Source: Nitrospirales bacterium (GTDB taxonomy: Bacteria > Nitrospirota > Nitrospiria > Nitrospirales > UBA8639). From it: a stretch of 64,000 nucleotides of DNA. A program made the translations under genes and the position numbers. This document shows, in pieces, positions 48,701-64,000 of the stretch. The notes beneath the pieces are model-generated. The model did not search any database. It was not told where the DNA came from and saw only the letters and a list, made by a program, of their open reading frames with translations. Location: the NCBI GenBank assembly GCA_965203295.1, contig CBDBCZ010000017.1, positions 448,001 through 512,000 of the forward strand. Reading direction: 5' to 3'. Within the stretch, counting starts at the first letter, position 1. Every line of letters starts with the position of its first letter.

Positions 48701-50461
48701 ATAGTGTAGTTGAGTGTAAGGCGCGAAAAAACTTGTCTACTGTCTAAGCATGCCGTTTGTGTGACACTATAACTCATTTTGTGTGCTACATACTGATATT
48801 TGTAAGATCATGTACCCTATGCCACCATGGCATGTAATGGTGGCAATGGCTGTGAATGGGTTGACCTAACCCCTTCATCAGTTTCCTCCACTTATGACCC
48901 CTGGCCCCGGGACCTGTATAGAGAGTGCTAGGTCTCTACTATCTTATCATATTGATGTGGCAAAATTATGCTGTCTCATATTAGGCGCTGTATATTGTGA
49001 TGGGGGGCTGAAGAAGGGTGGGTTCACTGGAGAGGGATTTCATAGTGGAGTGGTGCTTGCTGTGAAGGACCATAACCCACGTATTGTGTGGAAGGATGAA
49101 CTACACCAAGGAGGGGTAAGTATATCAGAGTACATGCTGTGACTGTAACAATGGTATAAGTTAGAATTCTAAAATTAATTATCACATGCCTATACGTATA
49201 TATATCTTCAGGAAGAACAGCTTGCACGAGTGGTGTACATGTCCAAGAGAACATCATGTTTCCACTGCATGTGCAAAGTGTTTTAGCCCTGCACAATGGC
49301 ATGCATGATCAGGGTCTGAGGCCAACATATATTATTTCTCTGCCCACTGTCAGACCGGCCCACCATGGGGTGCTGTCATTCTCATAATTAGAAATCCTCT
49401 GGATGCAATGGTAGCAGAATGGAATAGAGAAAAGGGTCACGGTCATGTTGCCGCCGTTGGCACTAACTATTTTGGTAAGCCATCTACTTGTACATGTCCA
49501 CTTTGTAATTGTAATTGTAATTTCATACATTATTACGTAATTCTTCTTATGGCTTGTTAAATCGAGAACAAAATTATATTGTGCTAGAGCTCACAAGCTA
49601 GCGTCATATCAATCCTTCTGTTAATTTACATGCATAATGCAGATGCTTTTAATGGAATAGCAAATTAAGGCCACCCTCAACGTTCTGTTGAGATAAGCAT
49701 TCACTATATATAGCCAGTTTGCAATTGTGGAAACCAAAACTGAAGCCGTTCAGTGTTTTTTGATATAATCATTGCAAAAGTACTTCAGAATACCAAACTT
49801 GTAGAAAGCCTGCATTCCACATAGCCTGTATTACATAATTCCATTCGTGTTTTGATAATCATTGCAAAAGTAGAAAGCCTGCATTCTGCATACCCTGTAT
49901 TGCATAATTCCATTCATGCATAAAAGACAATACGTAGCTATACAATATATTACTCCTTAATGGAAACTTGCTATATCATGCATACCGTAACAATGTGAAT
50001 GTTTTTGTTCTTCATTTTTTGGTAAAGTGCTTTTTCTGTAACTTGTGGAAACTCACTATATCATACCGTAACAATACACGTTGTCCACTGCAGGAAGTGA
50101 TGAGGCCTGGGGAAAGTTTTTAAGAAAAAGTGTTAATAAATGGAAGCAATATTTTGTATCTTTGGTACGAAATGGGATTCAAGTGAACCGACCCTTTCTA
50201 ATCACAAGATATGAAGACATCAAATCCGACACACTTTCCGAAGTAAAGAAGATGATGAACTTTCTAAATGTTCCCGTTTCTGATCACCTTCTGAAAACTA
50301 GAATGTCAACAGGTTATGAGAAATTTCACCGGTCACACCCGCAAGAATTCAAGTATTACACTCCTGAGCAAAAACTGCAGGTGGTAGCAGTTGTGAAGGA
50401 AGTTATAGATATGCTACAGAAAGAGTACAACAACACTTTTGGAATCGCAGATTACATATAA
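45798..50461 (+). CDS. WSCD-family Golgi-type sulfotransferase, paralog 1 (no WSC domain seen)
   Basis: Exons: 45798-45927 (signal anchor), 47307-47651 (SLPGSGNTWVRGLLEQATGICTG, 5'-PSB loop), 48985-49115 (AVYCD...VKDH), 49354-49474 (IIRNPLDAMVAEWNR, 3'-PB), 50094-50461 (TRYEDIK). A probable non-coding first exon ends at ~44265. Confidence 0.85.
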
Positions 50462-51334
50462 TATTTTACTCAGCCAGCTTATCACAACAGTGTCGCTCTT
50501 CACTGTAAATCTGAGTTGACATCAATATTATATTCTATAGCTACGCAATTACGACGCATACATACACAATTACATAAACAGTGATCTAGTACAGTGGCAG
50601 TAGCTGTCACGTGATCGGAGTACTGCATTGGCAATTGGCCGGCCGCGCACGCGCGCAAAGGTGCTATAGTAACATTTATGTCGCAGGCAGTCGGCTAGTC
50701 TATCAAGCTAGATCTTCCCTCGCCCCCCGCCTGAAACGAGGGAGGGTTTAGGTTATTAGTATTCATGACTAGCTGACCAATCAGATTTACCTCATTTCAG
50801 CTAGCTCGCAGCACGTGGTGCGTGCTGCGGATTAATTAAATACCTGCTAAATACTTGTGGTAGCTAGGATCTATGAATACTAATCTGCTAGACCTTTGCG
50901 TTGGGGCGGGTCTAGTTCGATAGAATATCAGTTGGCAGTGTCAGAGACGCGTCGACACTCGGGCTCACTCAGGCTGACAGGTCTGTATGTAATCTGCGCT
51001 AGATGTTTACTTCATTACCTTTTTGTATGATTGGTGCTTTATTTAGGCGAGTTATATTGTGTATACATATGGAAGCTGCATACAGAGGTTTGCAAGTTGG
51101 TTTTTCACAGGAGAGGGCAAATAGGCAGTAGCTCTTGAGAAGTTATTACTTAGGTTAGGCTGTCAGAATCAAAGGCTAACAGTTTGCAGTTACTACAGTA
51201 TATATTTGCTATTGCACTGGACCACCAACCCGCAAACCTCTGTACATATGGTGCAATATTTGCATGTATATACGTGCTTGAAGCGACTGAACGTATACAT
51301 GTACGTAGTTATCTATGAGTGATTGCATGGAACC

Positions 51335-52232
51335 CAGAGGAGGTTGGACACGGTCATGTGACATACGCGCGTACGCGATTCTCTATGGAGATTTCTGTAT
51401 AAAAAGCGCTAAAAAGTTTTCTCGTTAGTCTTTAAGCGTATTCCCAAGGAATAGACATCTTTCGAAAGCTCTCCCGAAGTAGATTCAGAATATCTCGCCA
51501 ACCCCGTTCAACCCCCGGGTCATTGCAGAGCTTAGTCTCGCGTGCCAGCCCCTCGCATGAAAGTAGGGTCTGGTGTGGTCACGATACGGCAGTTGTGACA
51601 GCGGAATGCAATTACTACGCAGCGCTTACACAGTGTGGTCAGATAATTAAGTGTTGTGAGATAATTAATTAAGTGCTGTAGGTAGAGCAACGAATACATC
51701 CTTCCCGCTAACGAAGGCAAGTATGGCTTGTTCTTGTTCGGGTTTCAGCTCGGAATAACCAAGCGAAGTCGCTGCTCGACCAACAATCTCTGGTATATCG
51801 CTAGTTGTCGCCATCACTGAAAAGTTAAGTGAGTGCGAAATAGTTTCTACGTGAGTTATGATGTCATACAGTAAACAACGAATCTGATTGGCTCCGCCCG
51901 GATCTTGGCGTTGTCACAACTGCCGTATCGTGACCACACCAGACCCTACTTTCATGCGAGGGGCTGGCACGCGAGACTATGCAGAGCTACGGTCGTTTGA
52001 ATATCTAGCTATCGGCAAGGCGAGACTACATACTGGATTCTATCTAGTAACGGAAAGATGCTGCCCGTATAGGTCCGTTCCAGCAATCTACAGGCTATTG
52101 CAGCTTTATAACGAGCTATGCTTACCTGCTCAGTGAGCTAATTGCATGCTAGAACGCAACGTGGAATGTAATAAAGTGCAGCAAAAGGCACGTGACCACG
52201 CACGTTTATGAATGCGTGTCCAACCTCCTCTG
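51335..52232. mobile_element. MITE (CAGAGGAGGTTGGACAC TIR, 9-bp TSD CATGGAACC) with a nested TAG...CTA element at 51533-51979 (~66-bp TIR, TSD TGCAGAGCT)
   Basis: Both TIR pairs and both TSDs are readable. The paralogous empty site is at ~45244-45252. Confidence 0.85.
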
Positions 52233-53614
52233 CATGGAACCTAATGTCTAATATAAGAGGTCTGTGACCGGTTATGACAACTTTGCCATTTATTTAGCGA
52301 CACAGCATGTATGCATATGTGCACGTAGCACTGCATGGGTGAAACGTGCCTAGCTTAGGCTCTCTGTATGCATCACTTCTGATTCACTTTGAATAGTTAC
52401 ATTGGTCATGCCTGAGTGCTCATGTTATATCACTGCAAAAAATGTGCAGTAGCTGAGTAAGAGTATAATTATTATGTATTAGACCTCAGAAAGACTCCCA
52501 TGATATACATGTATCAAATTTTGTTGTAACAAAACACCAATTTGTGGTCTAACTCCTACCTATACATACCTAGACAATAACACATGAATATTGGTTCAGT
52601 TCCACCCCTTATCTGCATGGTGGGAGTGTGCAATAACAAAGGAATTCTGGGTATGCAATAACTAATGAACATGCATATAGCTGGCAATATTCGATCAGAC
52701 ACCATTAACCAAGCTTGGTTGCCTTAGTTGTAAATCATGGGTTGTACACCTCATATTCCCGCTTGACTATCTAAAGGCACAGCCATGGCAGGAGCATCCA
52801 GTAACACGTGAATATTGGTGGAGTTCTGCTTCTAATCTGCATGGCATGAGCATGCAATAACACAATGTCATGTTGCACACTCCAGCCATGCATGTAAGGG
52901 GCGGAACTGAACCAGTAATCATGCATGATGTGTCATTGATACCCAGAATTCACACGAATTTTGGTCGATTTCTGCTCCTTATCTTCATGGCATCACAGCT
53001 AAACAAAAATGGTTGCTTATCCCAGCTAGTCAGTCACAGCTTCAATACTAAACTATGCATGCTTGACCAATATAAGGTCTCTGATTTCAAACAAAAGACT
53101 AAACAATTAAGTGAAGTTGTGCAGGTATACGTAGCTACATATATCATTACAGGAATCTAGAAGCGCTATAATATTCCCTTAATATAATTATCCCTTATTA
53201 ATTGTAGGAGCCATAAAAGATTTGTGTTGGGCAAATATGTTCATTTTTTGGCAGTGAACTTGCAACTAAGATAATCCTAAAGCAACTCTTTCGTTTTTGC
53301 AGTGTATATACGCTACACAACAATACCCATGTACTAGGTCAACAGGTTTACATGTCTGTTATGTAGCAACCTCAATGCCTATACATTTTCATCGTTGTAC
53401 ATGTACAAGAAGAATAATGGAAGCTCATAGCTTGAAAGAAGCAGATCGAGGACAATGATGTCTATACTGCCTTAGCGCTGTACCTGCATCCTAGCACTTC
53501 TTGAGTGTATAAGTATAATTACGATAATAGCTTAGCAAGTAGTGAATTATTAACTATAAATTTAGCTATTATAAGTATTACAGTAGCTTGCTAACAACTC
53601 TCATGCAGGTGCTG

Positions 53615-57131
<3,517 letters not shown>

Positions 57132-57255
57132 TATTTCACTCAGCCAGCTTATCACAACAGTGTCGCTCTTCACTGTAAATCTGAGTTGAAATTGATATTA
57201 TAATTATTCTACATGTATAGCTCCACAATTTAATACGACGCATACAACACACAAT

Positions 57256-60025
57256 AATTGGGGCGAGCGTGAGCGAGCCCCACACTAGCGAGTTCAATGC
57301 AGCAATTTCTGTCTGTTTGTTTGTCTCGTACGTCATGCCGAATCTATGCAATAATTTCGATTTTTTGCGTAAATTATTTCGGAATAACCACGTGCGCTGT
57401 TCTGGACGCGATATTAAACCAAGTGTGTATCGACTCTGCCAGCATGGAGCACTGCCTGACAGGGAGAGGCTAGGCATCACGTTACATCGCTGAGAGACAA
57501 TCTGCTAAAATTATATATCTGTGAAAGGCTGAGTGAGAGATTCAGGACTAGACGCTGTACTCAGACTGTTGAGCAGATGGAGGCTATAAGCTGCAGCACG
57601 ACAGCGGCGCTAACTAGGCTGCAACGTGACAGGCATTTTCTGGTCCACCCTTTTTATTTTATTTTTTTTTATTTTTTTTTATTTTATAAATATTCGTTGT
57701 ACCAAAAATACATGTACAACTGGGTCCAAAAATTAGCCTCGGCTAGTACTTAATTGCACCCATACACAAAATATGCATTTAAGGAATTATGAAAGCTAAT
57801 TAACGATGTATAAGAACGAATACTATACGGTAGGCTATTCCACAGCTTAATAGTGCTGGGGAAGTAAGATGACATAAACTTGTAAGTGTGACCATAAAGA
57901 TTACAGAAAGAAAGGTTATCAACAGAACGGGTGGGGTACCAACAAGAAACCGTTCGAGAGGTCAAGGGGGCCTCCGGGAACTCAGCCTCAGCATTGATGA
58001 TTTTATATAGCAATGATAGCTTTTGAACTTTCCTCCTGGTTTGTAGGCTTGGCAAGTCAAGAGAGTTTAGCATTTCTGAGTAGTCCATGTTCCAGGTTTT
58101 CAGGCATACCCGGCTAGCGAATCTCTGCACCTTTTCTAACAGGTTGCATTCTTTTGCAGAGGAAGGATCCCATACCTGACACGCGTATTCCAAGTGAGGT
58201 CGGATGAGTGATACGTAGAGCTTCTTTAGAGTGTTTGTATCAGCACAATGATAGAATTGCCTAAACAATAATCCCACAAGCCTCCTAGCCTTGGAAGTGA
58301 TAGTCTCAATATGCCGGGACCATGTAAGGTCAGAAGTGATATTTAGACCAAGGTACTTGAAGCTATCAACGAACTCAAGTGGCATTTGATTTAGTAACAG
58401 TGTGCACGGTATTGACATTTTGACCTTTTACGGGAAAGTAGCATGGCCTTACATTTCGACGGGTTGAACTTGAGTAACTTCGTAGAGCTCCATGCAGCCA
58501 GGGTGTCTACATCCTGCTGTAAAGCGAAGTAGTCTTCCTGAGAGTGGACGGCTCGGTAGAGGTTCCAAAACAAGTTTGGAACCGCTGGAAATGGTAGTAT
58601 CATTGATGTCATTAAGGTACATCAGGAACAAGAGTGGTCCCAAGATGGAGCCCTGAGGGACACCCGACAGCACTGGCAGTGTTGTGGAGGAGACTCCATT
58701 TAGAACCACTGACTGCGTACGATTAGTCAGGTAGTCAGATATCCAGTTCACAATGTAGGCATTTAGACCAAGCTCTTGGAGTTTGCCCAGAAGCTTTCGA
58801 TGGGGTACAGAATCGAATGCTTTAGTTAAATCGAAGAATACTGCACCAACTTCGTTACCGTCTTCCAGCATGGAACCAATCGTAGGTCGCCGATAGGAGA
58901 GCACTGGTAGTTGACTTTCCAGGCATGAAGCCCCACTGGTTTGCTGCTAGAGGGCAATTACTCACCAGGTGGTCCACTACCCTGCTGTATATGATCCTTT
59001 CCAACACTTTACTTATGATGGGCAGCAGAGATATGGGTCTATAATTCGATGGCTTGTCACCATTAGATCCTTTAGGAACTGGGACAATGTTCGATGATTT
59101 CCAGACTGAGGGTAGCCTGCCAGTTTCTATTGAGTAGTTAAAGATTTTGCACAAGACTGGTGCAATACTAGCAGCCGTTCCCTTCAGCATTCTGGCTGAG
59201 ATTCCATCAGGCCTGGATGCCTTAGTAACGTCTAAGTTTACAAGAAGTTCAAAGACTTCTTGTTCAGAACAATAGAGTTCCTGGGGGCATGCAGCTGGAT
59301 CTAGTCCACATGGGCAATCTTCAGCTGTGAGAGGTGGAAGAGCATTGTTGAAGCAGCTGTGAAAAAAATGGTTGAGGACATCGGCCTTTTGTTTTTCACA
59401 GACGATTGTTCTCCCATCTTGGTTGAGAACAGGGATTGACGAGGATCCTATACCATTCATCAGTTTAATAGCTCTCCAGAACTGTTAGAATTGTTTGTTG
59501 GGATATTTTCCACATACATCTTTTTAGCATTACGAATCTGGGATACGACCAGGTTACGAAGGTGTTTATATTTTGCCTTATGTACCGGGTTCCGTTTCGA
59601 TTTGCGATGAAACAAGTTCTGCTTTCGAATAGCTCGACGAATACCAGCATTTACCCATGGCAGATTCCGTTTCTTGGGTAGAACTCCCTTAGGGATGTAC
59701 AGTTTTCAATAATGGTCATAAACGTACTCTCCCAAAGTTGCCAAGCAGCGTCAATATTGTGACCAACCAGGAGAGCATCCCAGTCAACATTTTGTAATTC
59801 ATGACAGGCTCTATCAAAGTCAGCAAGAGAATATTTCCAAATAGGTCTGGGACGGGATCTCTGAATAGTGCGTCTCCCACTGATCGTTAGTTCGACACCG
59901 TTATGATCCGAGTTGGAAAGCGGGGGAATAACATCACACTTTCGTAGTGAGTCAGGAGCAGACATGAGAGCCAGATCTATGAGTGTAGCGGTTCCACTAG
60001 GGGCCTTCGCGAAGGCTCGCCCCAC
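57256..60025. mobile_element. Helentron/HINE-like element hosting the LINE; relative at ~38535-38985
   Basis: Left end TTGGGGCGAGCGTGAGCGAGCCCC plus a TCTG/TTTG microsatellite; matching GGCTCGCCCCA at 60014-60024. Confidence 0.45.
57651..59998 (-). mobile_element. 5'-truncated, frameshifted CR1/L2-group LINE (end of APE endonuclease plus RT)
   Basis: Motifs across several frames: IDL...SDH, NYRPISLL, QWGF, DLTKAFDSVPH, GVPQGSILGPLLF, KYLG and RPHLEYA. A-rich 3' tail at 57651-57690. The YADD motif is deleted near 58560-58570. Confidence 0.92.
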
Positions 60026-60305
60026 TTAGTCTCGCGTGACCAGACTCTCGACTATGCCCTGCATATCACTAGTAACAAAAAAAAAAACAATTATTGTCTG
60101 GTACGGGCAGTCGCCAGTCGGCTACTCACCAGTCAGTTACTAGATTCTCCTCGCCCCCCGCCGGAAAACGAGGGAGGGTCTAGCGAAGATATTCACGACT
60201 AGCTGCCCAATCAGATTAATTTTAGTAGCTGATTTCCGCTACTAAGGTAAGCGAGGATGGGTTTTGATAACTTTACATTATTTTGTAATTTATCCCTGCT
60301 AATAG

Positions 60306-60498
60306 TAGGGGATGCGGAGTGGCCCCCCCACACTCCGCTTCCCCTTCGTATACAGAAGGGAGCGCGGAGTGGCCCCCCCACTCCGCTTTCCCTACTAGTA
60401 CTGTAGAGGACGCGCAGTGGCCCCCCCACTCCGCGTCCCCTACTAGTATTGTAGGGAATGCGCAGTGCCCCCCCCCCCCCCCACTCCGCGTCCCCTAC
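60306..60498. repeat. Four ~48-bp GC-rich palindromic units
   Basis: AGGG(G)A(T/C)GCG(G/C)AGTGG-Cn-CCACTCCGC(T/G)TCCCCT starting at ~60306, 60356, 60404 and 60452. Confidence 0.8.
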
Positions 60499-60677
60499 TT
60501 ATGGCAGGGGGAGGGGATAAACAGTGACCCCCCACTGAATTTTCCCTACTAATGGGAGGGAATCAAGAGTGACCGTCCAGACATTGCATGGCAGTGCACT
60601 TGCATGTACATAGCACTGATGTCCTTGTACAAAAAGGACATGGTTGCAGTTTTGGAGGGCTTAGCTGAGAATGCCGG

Positions 60678-63600
60678 TGTAGTAGTGCAGGATGTCCCCC
60701 CCTTGAAATGTCCCCCGGGACATCCTGCACTAGTGCAGAATGTCCCCCCGGACAGTCTGCACTAGTGCAGAATGCCCCCCGGGGACATCCTGCACTAGGG
60801 CAGACTGTCCCCTCTTAGTGCACATTGTCCCCCCTTTCTACAATTGTAGTTTAGCAAGGAATGTACTGCTAAATGGTTCTGAGGTCAAAGATCAGGGCAG
60901 ACTGTCCCCTCTTACTGCAGTGACCCCCTCCCTACATATAATGTATATTTTAGCATGGAATGTCATGCTTAATGGTTCTGAAGTCATCCCATCCAGTATA
61001 CACTGTTCATGCACATTATATGCACCGATATCTTTTTCTGTACTGTACTTGAAGTTTTTTTGCCACAACAATCAAGAATATTATATTATATAAAGTAGAT
61101 ACTATCAAAATTTAATAAAACATAAATAAATATTTATATTTTGTTACAATGCGCGCAGAACCATTTACATTTAAGAACAAAGTACTTTGGTTCAACTTGA
61201 ACACATGCGTCAGCGTGATACCACTCCTTGCAGTTGGAACACTCAATCCATTTTGTTGTTTGCGTCAGTTCGGGCATCCTGCAGTGGCAAAAGACAGGTA
61301 TGGGTTCCGTAGTTTTCACTTTGATTCTCCGTCTCATTTTTTTGAGGGGAAACATGGTGATGCAGCCCTGTTCCAAGCATGTTTTGAAATGCTGCCTCAT
61401 CTTTCGCTGATCAAAGCAAAAGAGTCCTGGGTGTTGCCCAAGCACAACAGCTGTTGCAAAAGCAATCGCAAACAGTCCGCAGTCATAGCCTCCTGCCTGC
61501 ATTTGCACATCCATGAACCTAAGTTCAATGGCAGGTTGGCTTGTTGACAGCAGAGCAGCTATCTGGGCTTTGCAGATTGTTGGGCAGCACGAGTAAGCTG
61601 AATCATACACTTCTACTTGTGGATGCTCGTTACCCACAGTGGAGATGGTAAGCCAATGCCCATGGCCATTGTGGAGAATTTGCACAAACTCCCCTGGCTC
61701 TATGTCAAAATTCATTGTCTGGCCAAGCACAACACTTTGGAGCCCGGACATCGCAGGATTGGCTTTCTTCAGTAGTATCTGAGCGGCATCTATTAGCGTG
61801 CCTGTCAACCAAGCAGTGGGATTGAGCAGTACGTCTTGTTCTGACTTCGCTAGATTGAGTTCCGGAATCCATAGCTTTCGTGATTGTTCGGGTTTCTTTA
61901 GTTTGTATTCCTCAACGGTGATCACTTCTTCGCAAGAATATAATCTGGCCCGCTTCTGCCTTCGATGCGACATTAACCCTTTTGCTCCAGTATTTTTCCG
62001 TTTTCTAGAGGCTAATGTTGGCTTGGCGGATGTGGGCTGGGTCGGCAATATGTGCCTCAAAATTGGTGAGGGTGGGGTTCCAGGAAAGAATTCTGGAAAG
62101 TATCCTCCTTCCAAAATGGGAGTACTTGCTGTAATCCCTGTAGTGTGGATTGGTGATGTCTCCAGCGTGTTGGAGGTGTTCAGCCTTTGCTGTTCTTCAA
62201 TACCAATCTGCTCATTCAGCGGTGAAATGGTATCATCACCACCGAGTCCAGAGTTACTGTCTTCGTCTTCTGAAATCACTGGGACTCTGCGCTTCGCTTT
62301 CAGCTCACTGAGTGGGGGCATTGGGGATGGGAGTGGTGGAATGGTATCATCACCACCGAGTCCAGAGTTACTGTCTTCGTCTTCTGAAATCACTGGGACT
62401 CTGTGCTTCGCTTTCAGCTCACTGAGTGGGGGCATTGGGGATGGGAGTGGTGGAATGGTATCATCACCACCGAGTCCAGAGTTACTTGACTGGCTGGCTT
62501 CACTGCTACTAGGAGATCCTCGTTGGAAGACAAAGCTGTCATGCAGTCTTGGTGTGGTATACAAGGACTGCTTTCCACTTCGTTTGTGGTATGGCTTTAG
62601 CCTACAGCCATTGACTGCCTTCTTCAAGACGTGGCCGGTTGAGAGCCTTGCGATTTTGTAGACATTTTTGTCGAGGCATTGGACGATCTTGTATGGCCCC
62701 AGCCATCTCGGTAGGAACTTCTTTTTCCTTGTATCTCTTGCACTATTTCTAAGCCACACTAGTGCCCCTGGTTTCCACTCCTGCATGTGAGCGCACAAAA
62801 TGAGGAAATATGCTTGAGCTAATACAAAATGGCAACATGATCTCCCAATAATAAGAAACACTGAAGTGCATAAGCCATAATAATCTGTATTTTTACTGAG
62901 CTCACCATTTGACGGTTGTGCTTTCTGTCATAGTCCCGCTTTTGGCGATCCTGGGCGTTCTTGATGTTGTCATTCGCTTTGGAGAAGAGTGTCTTCCTGA
63001 ACTTGAGCATTTCTTCCCCGTACTGATCTACATCACCTTCATCCACCTCATCATCACTGAGAAACTCGGAGTTGTCACAGTCAAGCATCTCTTGCTCAAT
63101 AGGAAGGACCGACTTCCTGCGGAAAAAATCACTTTTATGTAATTCTAAGATTCCAGTACCCCTACTTCCTATCACACTACAGGTTAATTCACCTATAGTT
63201 ACTTATTTAATAATTATTTTACATATTAACGTGCCTGCAGTACATCAGCTCAAACGGAGTAAACTGGGTTGACTTCTGTTTTGATGTCCGGTAGGCAAAG
63301 AGCACTCCATCGATGAATTCATCCCAGTTGTCTTGCTCCTTGTTCACGAGCTTCAACAAGGATCGCTGCAGGGTCTGGTTGTAGCGTTCAACCAATCCAT
63401 TAGTCTGCGGGTGATAGGCAGTCGATATTCTATGCTCTGTCTTTGTCCGCTCGAAGAGACTTTCACTAACTTTGTTGACGAATTCCCTCCCCTGATCAGA
63501 GATGGTGATCTTTGTACAGCCATACCTGCAGAAAGAAGTACAACGTGTTTCATTCAGGGGCATAGAAGTTACCACTGAATTTGTGGCTCTTGGGGCAGCT

Positions 63601-64000
63601 ACAAGTAAGATACTGTAGCCAGGTAGTCTGTGTCACTTTGTTTTACCTGCAGATCATTCGGTACAAGAAAAGGGCCACCCCCTCAGCAGTTTTGTCGGGT
63701 AGGGCTGCTGCCTCGGGCCACTTAGAAAAGTAGTCAACCAAGGTGATGATGTAGCGGTTTCCTGACTTTGTCTTGGGCAGGGGTCCAACTAAGTCAATTC
63801 CAACCTGTAGTGCAGAAACAGGAGTAGGTTGCATTCTTTTAGTATAACAGTAATATTATACTCATGTTGCTGCCGTAGCCCTTACGCCATTGACTACGCA
63901 CCCACACATGCAGGCGAAGCTTGTAAGATTTCTAGTCAGAAGACAAGAGCAACCAGTTGTTTCACCACTACCATCCTGATTGCCTTAGTCTTCCTAGCAT
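60678..64000 (-). mobile_element. Ginger1 DNA transposon (other end outside the window)
   Basis: Terminus CCGG|TGT at 60674-60680 with ACTAGTGCAG/GTCCCCC subterminal repeats. It encodes a Gypsy-like integrase with introns plus Ulp1 and PHD domains, the architecture and target preference described for Ginger1. Confidence 0.85.
61134..63804 (-). CDS. Ginger1 transposase, N-terminus not in the window: DDE integrase, GPY, low-complexity linker, Ulp1/C48 protease, PHD finger
   Basis: Exons: 63804-63647 (GIDLVGPLP), 63525-63235 (SDQGREF, YHPQTNGLVER), 63116-62906 and 62780-61134 (WLGPY; Ulp1 HW, YDS, Q, DCGLF; C4HC3 PHD). No stops or frameshifts in the visible part. Confidence 0.88.

Noticed and set aside
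60306..60820. CRISPR-like array
   Set aside because: Eukaryotic context, degenerate units, no unique spacers and no cas genes; better explained as transposon subterminal repeats.
61798..62661. 287-aa plus-strand ORF
   Set aside because: Antisense to the transposase low-complexity repeat region; no recognisable motifs.
61134..63834. Gypsy LTR retrotransposon or host SENP gene
   Set aside because: Spliceosomal introns, a TIR-type CCGG|TGT end, no RT/RNase H or LTR in view, and Ulp1 fused to the integrase all fit Ginger1.

Overview
Intron-rich, transposon-dense animal DNA. A sponge-like invertebrate is suggested by the transposon repertoire but cannot be established from this window. (1) 1-23.6 kb holds a head-to-tail array of five two-exon, minus-strand genes that the ORF track largely misses. 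They encode 125-138 aa secreted precursors: signal peptide, a six-Cys CSalpha-beta (cis-defensin) motif C-x6-C-x3-C-x9-C-x10-C-x-C, an Arg/Pro-rich interrupted Gly-X-Y collagen-like segment ending in G-R-R, and a nearly invariant acidic tail. There are three sequence types (A, B, C, B', C'), a recent ~9.6 kb duplication, and the array probably continues left of the window. This defensin-collagen-acidic propeptide family is the main candidate novel system. (2) 23.8-57.1 kb holds an SVIP-like gene with an apparent 5-nt lesion in exon 2, a GT43 glucuronosyltransferase (B3GAT3-like), a neutral sphingomyelinase (SMPD2-like, minus strand, 10 exons) and two tandem WSCD-family sulfotransferases. A third copy of their promoter lies at ~60.1 kb. 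(3) 57.2-64 kb holds a dead CR1/L2-group LINE inside a Helentron-like element, and an intron-containing Ginger1 transposon (DDE integrase, GPY, duplicated SIM-like motifs, Ulp1 protease, PHD finger) running off the right edge. Many MITEs with readable target-site duplications (TSDs) are scattered throughout. Exon models were derived by hand from splice signals, reading frame and remembered homology; no database searches were run.
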